A DNA stretch of 32,000 nt from Chlamydiota bacterium (GTDB lineage Bacteria > Auribacterota > JACPWU01), in contig JACPWU010000011.1 of the NCBI GenBank assembly GCA_016196885.1, forward strand, positions 90,001 to 122,000. The letters are read 5' to 3'. A program made the position numbers and the translations under genes. The notes beneath the pieces are model-generated. The model made no database searches, was not told where the DNA came from, and was given only the letters and a program-made list of their open reading frames with translations. Numbering within the stretch: position 1 is the stretch's first letter; the number at the start of each line of letters is the position of its first letter. This document shows positions 14,982-22,883 of this stretch, in pieces.

Positions 14982-16496
14982 ATGAAACCTCAGCGTTTTT
15001 CTGCCTACTTTCACAATTTTCTTACCTACATCGGCGTTGCCCTTTCCCTATTTGTCTTTTGTCTGGAGACCCTGCTTTATCTTGCAGATACTTTCATAAG
15101 CCATAAAACTCTCTATTTGGGATTAATCACCTATCTTATTCTTCCCCCTTTTTTATTTTTAGGACTTGCCTTCATTCCCATCGGCGCTCTTTGGAAAAGA
15201 CGACAGATCTTAAAAGGAAAATCTTCATCTCGGCCACGCCCTATCCATATTGATTTATCCCGCAGCACCCATAGAAATGCCGTTTTCATATTCCTCATTG
15301 GAACGTCAATACTTATCATCGCTACAATCATTGGTCTGTATAAATCTTATCACTACATGGATTCACCTGAATTTTGCGGCAAGATGTGCCATTCGGTTAT
15401 GAATCCGGAATTCACGACTTATCAACGTTCTCCCCATGCACACGTAAAATGTGTGGAATGCCATATCGGGTCTGGCGCAGAATCATATGCAAAATCAAAA
15501 TTTACAGGAAGTTATCAGCTCTACTCTTTGATGACCCATAAGTATGAAAAACCGATTCCGACCCCTGTGAAGAACTTGGGAGCGGCCAATAAAACTTGCG
15601 AACAATGTCATTGGCCCCAATATTTCTTTTCTTCAAAGGAAAAGGTTTTCCAGCATTTCTTGGGTGATGAATTAAACACGTATTGGCCCATCAAAATGCT
15701 CATCAAGATCGGCGGCGAACAAACGGGAGCGCCGCAACAAACAGGGATTCACTGGCATATGAATATCAATAATGACCTTCAATACATCGCACGTGATGAA
15801 AAAAGACAAGATATTGTCTGGATTAAACTAACCAACAAAACAACCGGCGAAGTGAAAGAATTCATGTCTAAGGCCAATCCCCTTGCGCCAGAAGAACTCA
15901 AAAAAGCACAATCCCACACCTTTGACTGCATTGATTGCCATAACCGCCCGAGCCATCGATTTCCAACCCCTACAGTTTCTATCAACGAGGCCTTGAGTAT
16001 GTCACGACTCGATACGAAATTACCCTATATCAAGCGTGAAGCCGTAAAGGCTTTAAGCCAGGAATATTCAACCACGGACGATGCCTTGCGTACCATTCGC
16101 AAACAACTTACAGAGTTTTATCAAAAGGAATATCCTGATCTTTCTAGAAATGAGAATGCCAAAATTGAGCGTGCGATTCAAGAAATCCAGGATATCCTGC
16201 GCAATACTCAATTTCCTGAAATGAAGGCGCGTTGGAATTCTCATCCGGACAATATCGGTCATATGGAGAATCAAGGCTGCTTTCGCTGTCATGGCAACGA
16301 CGATCTAATGACCCCGGATGGGAAAACCATTGGCAGAAACTGTTCAACCTGCCATGAAATATTGTCTCAGGGACCCGATTCAGAAAACGAATCACCTGGA
16401 CAGGCAAAAGAATTCAAACATCCCGTAGATCTGGGTATGGAGCCTGAAGAGATGGATTGCATGAGTTGCCATTCAGATCCCAAGAGTCTATATTAG
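14982..16496 (+). CDS. membrane-anchored heptaheme c-type cytochrome, NapC/NirT-related, ImcH-like
   Basis: About 3 N-terminal TM helices, then FCGKMCH (CX3CH) ...SPHAHVKCVECH in a NapC/NirT-like arrangement, plus CEQCH, CIDCH, CFRCH, CSTCH and CMSCH, giving 7 heme sites in 504 aa. Size and architecture match the published description of Geobacter ImcH. Confidence 0.6.
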   Translation: MKPQRFSAYFHNFLTYIGVALSLFVFCLETLLYLADTFISHKTLYLGLITYLILPPFLFLGLAFIPIGALWKRRQILKGKSSSRPRPIHIDLSRSTHRNAVFIFLIGTSILIIATIIGLYKSYHYMDSPEFCGKMCHSVMNPEFTTYQRSPHAHVKCVECHIGSGAESYAKSKFTGSYQLYSLMTHKYEKPIPTPVKNLGAANKTCEQCHWPQYFFSSKEKVFQHFLGDELNTYWPIKMLIKIGGEQTGAPQQTGIHWHMNINNDLQYIARDEKRQDIVWIKLTNKTTGEVKEFMSKANPLAPEELKKAQSHTFDCIDCHNRPSHRFPTPTVSINEALSMSRLDTKLPYIKREAVKALSQEYSTTDDALRTIRKQLTEFYQKEYPDLSRNENAKIERAIQEIQDILRNTQFPEMKARWNSHPDNIGHMENQGCFRCHGNDDLMTPDGKTIGRNCSTCHEILSQGPDSENESPGQAKEFKHPVDLGMEPEEMDCMSCHSDPKSLY

Positions 16497-16550
16497 AATC
16501 CCGCGACCCAGAAGGAAATACCCCTGAAGCGATCAGAAAAAGGCCCCCTG

Positions 16551-16988
16551 TCATTCTACGGTGTTAAAGGGAACCGTCCTGGATATTTGAGCAATGGCAT
16601 GTCCCTTCTGAAAAACTTCAATCGTTATATTGATAAGAAATTTTCCCAAAATCCCTTTTGGAATTGTAAAACCATAACGGTCCCTTCTTGTCCCTTCCAT
16701 GGGGGATCGCTTCTCTCTATCCTTTAAAACAATATTGCCCTTGGCATCGAAAATTTCAATTTTAATAAAGGTTCTTGATTTTTTGGAAAATCCCTTTCGA
16801 GTGTATTTGATCTGAAGTGTCAATTCGCTTCCGGACTTAACCGTTTTTTCGCTCAAATCATTCCATGCATCATCATAGAGAATGACATATTGAAGTTCCA
16901 GCTTCGAACTTTCCGGATATGCCTTAACATTCAAGATGCTCGCAAAAAAAGAAACAATGAGAATATGAAAAAATACTTTTTTTGACAT
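16551..16988 (-). CDS. small secreted protein of unknown function
   Basis: ATG at 16988 gives the signal peptide MSKKVFFHILIVSFFASILNVKA. Beta-rich composition. Confidence 0.5.
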   Translation of the reverse strand: MSKKVFFHILIVSFFASILNVKAYPESSKLELQYVILYDDAWNDLSEKTVKSGSELTLQIKYTRKGFSKKSRTFIKIEIFDAKGNIVLKDREKRSPMEGTRRDRYGFTIPKGILGKFLINITIEVFQKGHAIAQISRTVPFNTVE

Positions 16989-17056
16989 AACTCTTCTCAC
17001 AATCTGATGAGAAACATACATGACTTTCAGTCACAAAGGGGGATGAAAATCACCCT

Positions 17057-17103
17057 TGTAGTCGCCCCATTTATGGGGCTGCCCGATGAATCGGGCAACT
17101 ACA
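17057..17103 (+). repeat. double-hairpin intergenic repeat, copy B
   Basis: tgtagtcgc-cccatttatgggg-ct-gcccgatgaatcgggc-aactaca. The outer stem encloses hairpins cccca/tgggg and gcccga/tcgggc. Confidence 0.85.
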
Positions 17104-17329
17104 AATCATCATAACTTATTGTATAAGAACAACTAAAGACTATTTTCAGATGAAATGCGGGCTAAAGACCAAGCCAATGCTGCCAAAATAACGCCAGGCA
17201 ATTCTATATGGCCCCCCCTACCAAGTCCAGCCAAAACGCAACATTGCCAATCTATGACTCTTCTCTATGGATTGAAGGAGTAGATTTTTTTACTGACCGC
17301 TGATCGCTGAATACTGTATCTTGTTCCTA

Positions 17330-19294
17330 ATGATTGCCTTTCATAAAGAAATTTTAAAAAATTACGAGCGAGCCTCTCACCGAGAGTGGGTGATTGGAAA
17401 CGGCCTGGGAGGCTATGCGTCTTCTACCATCTGTGGAGGAAATACACGGCGATATCACGGCCTTCTTGTTTCAAGTGTAAAGCCACCCCTCGGTCGCATG
17501 GTGATTCTCTCCAAAGTGGAAGAAACCATTCACATCAATGGAAAGTCTTATGATCTTTCTTGCAATAAATTCCCTGAAACGATTCACCCCATGGGGCATC
17601 AAAATTTAGAGCTTTTCTCTTTTGAATTTTATCCCAAATTTATTTATTCCGTGGATGGGATTAGACTGGAAAAAAACATTTACATGATTTTTGAGAAAAA
17701 TGCGACGATCATTTTTTATCGGCTTTTAGAGAGTCCCCGCCCTATTAAACTGAGCCTGATGAGCTTTATCGCCTGCCGTCGATTTCACGAGCTGACGCAT
17801 GAAAATCCATTCTTTAACCAAGAGGTGGAAGTGAACGAGGGCCTTTTGAGAATGAAGCCTTATAAAAGCTCTCCCATGATTCACCTTTTTTACAGCCCCG
17901 CCCAATTTGCAAACAATCCACTCTGGTACTTGAATTTCGAATACGAGGAAGAATACCGAAGAGGTTTAGATTATAGAGAGGATCTTTTTACACCCGGAGA
18001 TTTAACATTTGATCTGGCGCCGGGAGGTTCTTGTTTTCTCATTGCCTCCACAGATGAACTCTCCTCTTCTGATCTTCTTCAAGCCGAGTTCAAAGAAACC
18101 GAACGCAAGAAAATGATTCTCAAAAATTGTGATAAGGATAATAAAATTTCTTTTTCCCTTTTTTTGGCCGCGGATAGTTTTATTGTTCAGCGCGGAGAAA
18201 AGGGCTCGGCCTCTGTCATCGCCGGTTATCACTGGTTCAGTGATTGGGGGCGAGACACCATGATCAGTCTTCCGGGTCTGACCCTCGCCACCGGGAGATT
18301 CGACTTGGCTAAAAGTATTCTCAACACCTTTTCAAAATATGTCTCTGAGGGGATGCTCCCCAACCGCTTCCCGGATGAAGGGGAAGAGCCTGACTACAAC
18401 ACGGTGGATGCCACGCTCTGGTTTTTCAATGCCGCTTATCAATATTTTCTTTACACGGGCGATGAAGGTTTTATTCGCACCATTTTATTTCCGGTTTTTA
18501 AAGACATTATTCAGTGGCATGAAAAAGGAACCCGTTATCAAATTCATGTGGATGAAGACGGCCTCCTTTACGCGGGCGAAAAGGGCACGCAGCTCACGTG
18601 GATGGATGCCAAGGTCGGAGATCAAGCCATCACGCCCCGCATTGGGAAGGCAGTGGAGGTCAATGCCCTGTGGTACAACACGCTCAGAATTATGGAATTT
18701 TTCTCGGATCGCTTCGGCTATCAGCCGCTCCGGGACCATTACGGATCCATGGCCGAGACTGCTCGAAAAAATTTCAACCGGCTTTTCTGGAACAAGGATA
18801 AGGATTGTCTATACGATTGTATATACAAAGAAGAAATGGACCCCTCCATTCGGCCCAATCAAATTTTCGCCATCAGCCTTCCCTTCCCCATTCTGAGGGT
18901 AGAGAAACACCGCTCTGTCTTGAAAGTCATTGAAAAAGAATTGCTCACGCCTTATGGCTTAAGAAGTCTTTCTCCCAAAGATCCAAGATATGTTGGAAAA
19001 TATTCTGGGAATGTCCTTGCCAGAGACAAGGCTTACCACCAGGGAACCGTTTGGCCCTGGCTTTTAGGGCCCTATGTCACGACCTTTTTTCGGGTCTATG
19101 GACGAAACTCTAAAACCATCGAAAAGGCCAAATCTCTTTTAGAACCTTTCCGGGATCATCTCTACGAAGGCGGCCTGGGAACTATCTGTGAACTCTTTGA
19201 CGGAGATCCCCCCCATGATGCCAATGGCTGCATCTCTCAAGCCTGGAGCGTTGCGGAACTTTTACGCGTCATAGTGGAAGAATTGGGGGAATGA
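17330..19294 (+). CDS. glycogen debranching enzyme (amylo-alpha-1,6-glucosidase, GDE_C family)
   Basis: N-terminal GNGLGGYASSTI..NTRRYHGLL and central GYHWFSDWGRDTMISLPGL, DATLWF and QGTVWPWL blocks. Confidence 0.8.
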   Translation: MIAFHKEILKNYERASHREWVIGNGLGGYASSTICGGNTRRYHGLLVSSVKPPLGRMVILSKVEETIHINGKSYDLSCNKFPETIHPMGHQNLELFSFEFYPKFIYSVDGIRLEKNIYMIFEKNATIIFYRLLESPRPIKLSLMSFIACRRFHELTHENPFFNQEVEVNEGLLRMKPYKSSPMIHLFYSPAQFANNPLWYLNFEYEEEYRRGLDYREDLFTPGDLTFDLAPGGSCFLIASTDELSSSDLLQAEFKETERKKMILKNCDKDNKISFSLFLAADSFIVQRGEKGSASVIAGYHWFSDWGRDTMISLPGLTLATGRFDLAKSILNTFSKYVSEGMLPNRFPDEGEEPDYNTVDATLWFFNAAYQYFLYTGDEGFIRTILFPVFKDIIQWHEKGTRYQIHVDEDGLLYAGEKGTQLTWMDAKVGDQAITPRIGKAVEVNALWYNTLRIMEFFSDRFGYQPLRDHYGSMAETARKNFNRLFWNKDKDCLYDCIYKEEMDPSIRPNQIFAISLPFPILRVEKHRSVLKVIEKELLTPYGLRSLSPKDPRYVGKYSGNVLARDKAYHQGTVWPWLLGPYVTTFFRVYGRNSKTIEKAKSLLEPFRDHLYEGGLGTICELFDGDPPHDANGCISQAWSVAELLRVIVEELGE

Positions 19295-19357
19295 ATACGA
19301 CAGTTGTGAGGGGTGAGTCGTGCGGGGTGAGTTTAAAATAAATAAATATGTATATTT

Positions 19358-19385
19358 TAACAAATAATCCTAGGATTATTTGTTA
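19358..19385. promoter_or_regulatory. 28-nt perfect palindrome (operator and/or bidirectional terminator)
   Basis: taacaaataatcctaggattatttgtta is self-complementary. A TATAAT box follows at 19393-19398, only ~11 nt before the ATG of the ATPase gene (19409). Confidence 0.5.
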
Positions 19386-19408
19386 TTTTACGTATAATAT
19401 CTTTCCGT

Positions 19409-20731
19409 ATGAGAATCCATCGCCATTTTCTACACTCAGAGCTTTTAAAGCATTTCCAAAACCCTAAAGAAGTCATTGTCTTAGAAGGGGTTAGACAAAC
19501 GGGTAAAACAACACTCATCAAACAGTCTTTAGAAGGGAAACCCTCCCTCATCGTCACTCTGACAGATGAAACCGTTCCTGTCATTCGCTTGAGGGAAGCT
19601 GCGACCTTTGAAGATTTTTCGGAAATTCTTGCCCGTGATTTTCATTTTCATCCTCGTGACGCAAAACCGCTTGTCATTGATGAAGCCCAAAAATCTCTCC
19701 ACTTGCATAAGTTCATTCTCAAAATGCATTCTGACTGGAAGGAAACACCCCTTGTCTTGTCAGGTTCAGCCATGGGTGTTTTCTTTAAAAGAAGTGAAAT
19801 CCAAAAAACGGTTTCACCTGCCGGAAGGGTTCGACGTTTTGTCTGTCGAGTCTTTTCTTTTGCGGAATATCTGGAACTGAAAGGAGAGGAAACACTGCTC
19901 TCGCAGATCCGTCATTTCAATCTGGGTCAAACCTTACATCCAACTCTACATGAGCGCCTCATGAATCTCTTTTATGATTATCTCTCATCGGGGGGATTTC
20001 CAGAGGCGATTAAGTTTGGAACAACGGAAAAAATTTATGATTATCTGGAAACACTTCTCTCTTTTTTCTGGCAAGATGCAGACCGATACCTTAGTGAACT
20101 CATGGGTTCTAACAAAAGACAATACGGAATGTTGTTTAGAACCATTCTAGAAAGTGTTGCACGTCTAACCTGTTTTAACTCTACACGGGCGAGTCTCATC
20201 TCGACAGATTCTCCAGCGTACCGCACAGACTTGCCTGTTCTGTTGGATGCCGCAGAGGAATGGCATTTTCTGTTTCGACTTCCGACATACATGGAGTCTT
20301 TGACCCCTCAAAGGCACAGCTCCAAAAAATATTTATGGGATGTCGGCGTCGTAAACCACTTTCTAAACGTGGGACGCCCTATTTCAGGTTCATCGTCGCC
20401 GGAGCTCCTCGCCAAACTTCTGGAGTCCTTTACAGCCCAAGAACTTATTTTTGCCTTGAGACACAAAGAGAGACTCTTTTCTTGGAAGAGTCAGGTTAAG
20501 CAGCCCAAAGAAATGGATTTCCTCGCCCGCTTTCCTGAAAAAGATGTAGGTATCGAAGTCAAATCATCTTCCTCTATCAGTCAAAAGGCCATTTCCCAAT
20601 TGAGGGAATTTAAAAAGAGAAATCCAAAAGCCCCTTGTTTTGTGATTTATCTGGGCCCTGTGATGCAAATCGAAAACATCTGGTTCATTCCTCCTTATTT
20701 GCTGGGTGAACTGGCAAGATGGGTAAAGTAA
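19409..20731 (+). CDS. AAA-family ATPase with C-terminal DUF4143-like region
   Basis: Walker A GVRQTGKTTL and Walker B LVIDEAQ; 440 aa, the typical size of the ATPase/DUF4143 family. Confidence 0.75.
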   Translation: MRIHRHFLHSELLKHFQNPKEVIVLEGVRQTGKTTLIKQSLEGKPSLIVTLTDETVPVIRLREAATFEDFSEILARDFHFHPRDAKPLVIDEAQKSLHLHKFILKMHSDWKETPLVLSGSAMGVFFKRSEIQKTVSPAGRVRRFVCRVFSFAEYLELKGEETLLSQIRHFNLGQTLHPTLHERLMNLFYDYLSSGGFPEAIKFGTTEKIYDYLETLLSFFWQDADRYLSELMGSNKRQYGMLFRTILESVARLTCFNSTRASLISTDSPAYRTDLPVLLDAAEEWHFLFRLPTYMESLTPQRHSSKKYLWDVGVVNHFLNVGRPISGSSSPELLAKLLESFTAQELIFALRHKERLFSWKSQVKQPKEMDFLARFPEKDVGIEVKSSSSISQKAISQLREFKKRNPKAPCFVIYLGPVMQIENIWFIPPYLLGELARWVK

Positions 20732-20842
20732 AAATAAATCAAAAATAAAATATCAAAATGACAAACCAAAATCCAAAATGTATCTATGTCATGGATTATG
20801 AAACCATTTTAAATTTTGATTTTTGCTATGAGAGGCTCATTT

Positions 20843-20901
20843 TGTAGTCGCCCCATTTATGGGGCTACCCATGGATTTGCCCGATGAATCGGGCGACTAC
20901 A
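20843..20901 (+). repeat. double-hairpin intergenic repeat, copy C (with 12-nt internal insertion)
   Basis: Same as copy B but with acccatggattt inserted before the second hairpin. The insertion looks like a degenerate duplication of gcccgatgaatc. It ends 15 nt before the tldD ATG. Confidence 0.85.
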
Positions 20902-20915
20902 AAAGCTAAAAATTT

Positions 20916-22400
20916 ATGCAAATGAAAGAACATAAATATCATTTCACCTCCGAATCCCTCGCCCAAGAAGCGCTAGGTGAGGCTGTTAGCTTAGGAGCCA
21001 CTTATGCAGATGTGCGCCTGATCGAATCTGGCTCGAGAGCGCTCGCGACTAAAAACGGGGTTCCAACCAGTCTTGATTTTGAAGAGTCTCAAGGTTTAGG
21101 CATCCGTCTTCTTTGTCAAGGGGCTTGGGGCTTCGCGGCCACACACGACCTTTCCAAAGAAAATGTGATTCGGACTGCTTTCAAGGCTATTAAAATCGCG
21201 AGAGCCAGTGCCCTTGCCCAAAAAACCCCCGTCAAACTTGCACAAGAATCGCCGATTCAAACCGAATGGTCGACACCCTATTTAATAGATCCCTTCTCCA
21301 TATCGATTGATGAGCAATTGAATTTCCTTTTTCAAATAGACGAGGCAGCTCGAAAAATCAAAGGGATTAGCATCGTTGAGACCCAAATGCATTTTGAAAA
21401 AGAGAAAAAACTTTTTCTTTCCAGTGAGGGGTCTAGAATCCTCCAAAATTTTATCACTTCAGGAGCCGGCTTTAATGTTCTCGCTTTTAAAGGGGGAGAT
21501 TTACAAAAGCGGTCTTATCCCAACTCTTTTGGCGGACAATACCAAAGAAAAGGTTATGAACTTATTCATGAACTAAAGCTTCTAGAAAATGTCCCACGCA
21601 TGGCTGAAGAAGCCGTTCAACTTCTTTCAGCCCCCAGCTGTCCTCAAGGAGAAAAGGATCTGATTCTAGATAGCTCTCAGTTGGGCCTTCAAATTCATGA
21701 ATCGGTGGGCCATCCGATCGAATTGGACCGCGTTTTAGGAAGCGAAGCCAATTATGCAGGCAAAAGTTTTTTGACCTTAGACCAGTTGCACCATCTTCAA
21801 TATGGATCTCCCCTTGTCCATGTCGTTGCAGATGCAACAGCTTCTCATGGACCGGGACTCGGAACTTTTGGATTTGACGATGAAGGCGTCCCTGCCCAGA
21901 GAACTGATATTATTCGAGAGGGACATTTTGTCGGCTACCTCTCTTCTCGCGAAACAGCCCCTGCCATTCATGAGAATCGTAGCAATGGAACCATGCGGGC
22001 CGAAAGTTGGAATCGCATCCCGTTGATTCGCATGACCAATGTCAGCCTTCTACCTCAAGCCGGCACGTTTGAAGAATTAATCTTAAGTACGCGAGACGGA
22101 ATTTATTTAGAAACCAACCGTAGTTGGAGCATTGATGATCGAAGGCTTAATTTTCAATTTGGAACCGAAATCGGCTGGGAGATTAAAAATGGTAAAAAAG
22201 GCCGCATGGTTAAAAATCCGATTTATTGGGGGATGACCCCTGAATTCTGGAACGCCTGTGACTGGATTTGTGACGCGAATCATTGGACGCTGTGGGGCAC
22301 TCCCAATTGCGGCAAAGGCCAGCCCTGTCAAACGATGGGGACAGGGCATGGCGCGAGCCCCGCTAGGTTTCTTGCGGTAAACGTTGGGGCCAGCCATTGA
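20916..22400 (+). CDS. tldD: TldD-family metalloprotease
   Basis: HESVGHPIELD (HExxxH) and C-terminal GTPNCGKGQP-type blocks; 494 aa. Confidence 0.85.
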   Translation: MQMKEHKYHFTSESLAQEALGEAVSLGATYADVRLIESGSRALATKNGVPTSLDFEESQGLGIRLLCQGAWGFAATHDLSKENVIRTAFKAIKIARASALAQKTPVKLAQESPIQTEWSTPYLIDPFSISIDEQLNFLFQIDEAARKIKGISIVETQMHFEKEKKLFLSSEGSRILQNFITSGAGFNVLAFKGGDLQKRSYPNSFGGQYQRKGYELIHELKLLENVPRMAEEAVQLLSAPSCPQGEKDLILDSSQLGLQIHESVGHPIELDRVLGSEANYAGKSFLTLDQLHHLQYGSPLVHVVADATASHGPGLGTFGFDDEGVPAQRTDIIREGHFVGYLSSRETAPAIHENRSNGTMRAESWNRIPLIRMTNVSLLPQAGTFEELILSTRDGIYLETNRSWSIDDRRLNFQFGTEIGWEIKNGKKGRMVKNPIYWGMTPEFWNACDWICDANHWTLWGTPNCGKGQPCQTMGTGHGASPARFLAVNVGASH

Positions 22401-22412
22401 TAGCAAGATCTA

Positions 22413-22445
22413 ACGCAGATCTGTTACGCGGATCGAACGCAGATC
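22413..22445. repeat. left array of three 9-mers ACGC(A/G)GATC
   Basis: acgcagatc 22413-22421, acgcggatc 22426-22434, acgcagatc 22437-22445. Spacing is 13 and 11 nt. Confidence 0.8.
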
Positions 22446-22455
22446 TGGAGCGAGT

Positions 22456-22857
22456 ATGGCGTTACTATACCGAGATATCACGTATGAGATCAGAGGGGCA
22501 TGTTTCTGGATATGGAAAGAATTTGGAAACGCTTTCAAAGAATCTATTGTTGACAAAGCCCTCACGGAAGAACTCAGAAAAAGAGGGCTTAAAGTTACCG
22601 ATCAAAAGCGCATTGACGTTTTTTATAACAACAAAAAGGTTGGAACTTATGTCCCGGATAAAATCGTCAATGATTGCGTCCTTGTTGAGATCAAGAGGAA
22701 ACCCTTTTTGCTTAAGCAAGATAAAGAACAGTTTTGGCATTATCTCAAAGGTTCTAGTTATAAACTAGGAATGTTAATCAACTTCGGAGAAAGGGGATTG
22801 GAAATCAAGCGAGTCATCTACGACATCAAGAGAGGGATCCGCATCAGATCCGCGTAG
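22456..22857 (+). CDS. GxxExxY-family protein (PD-(D/E)XK nuclease-like fold)
   Basis: ITYEIRGACFWIWKEFGNAFKESIVDKALTEELRKRGLKV...VFYNNKKVGTYVPDKIVNDCVLVEIK follows the family pattern. The GxxExxY motif itself is degenerate (AFKESIV). Confidence 0.7.
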   Translation: MALLYRDITYEIRGACFWIWKEFGNAFKESIVDKALTEELRKRGLKVTDQKRIDVFYNNKKVGTYVPDKIVNDCVLVEIKRKPFLLKQDKEQFWHYLKGSSYKLGMLINFGERGLEIKRVIYDIKRGIRIRSA

Positions 22858-22879
22858 AGGATCCGCGTTTGATCCACGT
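22836..22879. repeat. right array of four 9-mers GATCC(G/A)C(G/A)T, the inverse of the left array
   Basis: gatccgcat 22836, gatccgcgt 22847, gatccgcgt 22860, gatccacgt 22871. Spacing is 11, 13 and 11 nt. The array overlaps the last 8 codons and the stop of the GxxExxY gene. Confidence 0.8.
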
Positions 22880-22883
22880 CAAC

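Noticed and set aside
18339-18896. 185-aa alternative-frame ORF inside the debranching enzyme gene (same strand)
   Set aside because: It is an Arg/Ser/Pro-rich product typical of an off-frame reading of a real CDS. It has no start context or motif. An overlapping gene cannot be excluded, but nothing supports one.
6347-20901. Possibility that the recurring ~50-nt repeat is a CRISPR repeat
   Set aside because: The copies are 10.7 kb and 3.7 kb apart, in mixed orientation, and each is isolated rather than arrayed with spacers. No cas genes are present.
22413-22879. 9-mer arrays as a mini CRISPR or as simple restriction-site clustering (BglII AGATCT, BamHI GGATCC, Dam GATC)
   Set aside because: The units are far too short and lack spacers for CRISPR. 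The inverted symmetry around a gene and the 11-13-bp phasing fit protein-binding terminal repeats better. Methylation-site clustering remains a possible secondary property.
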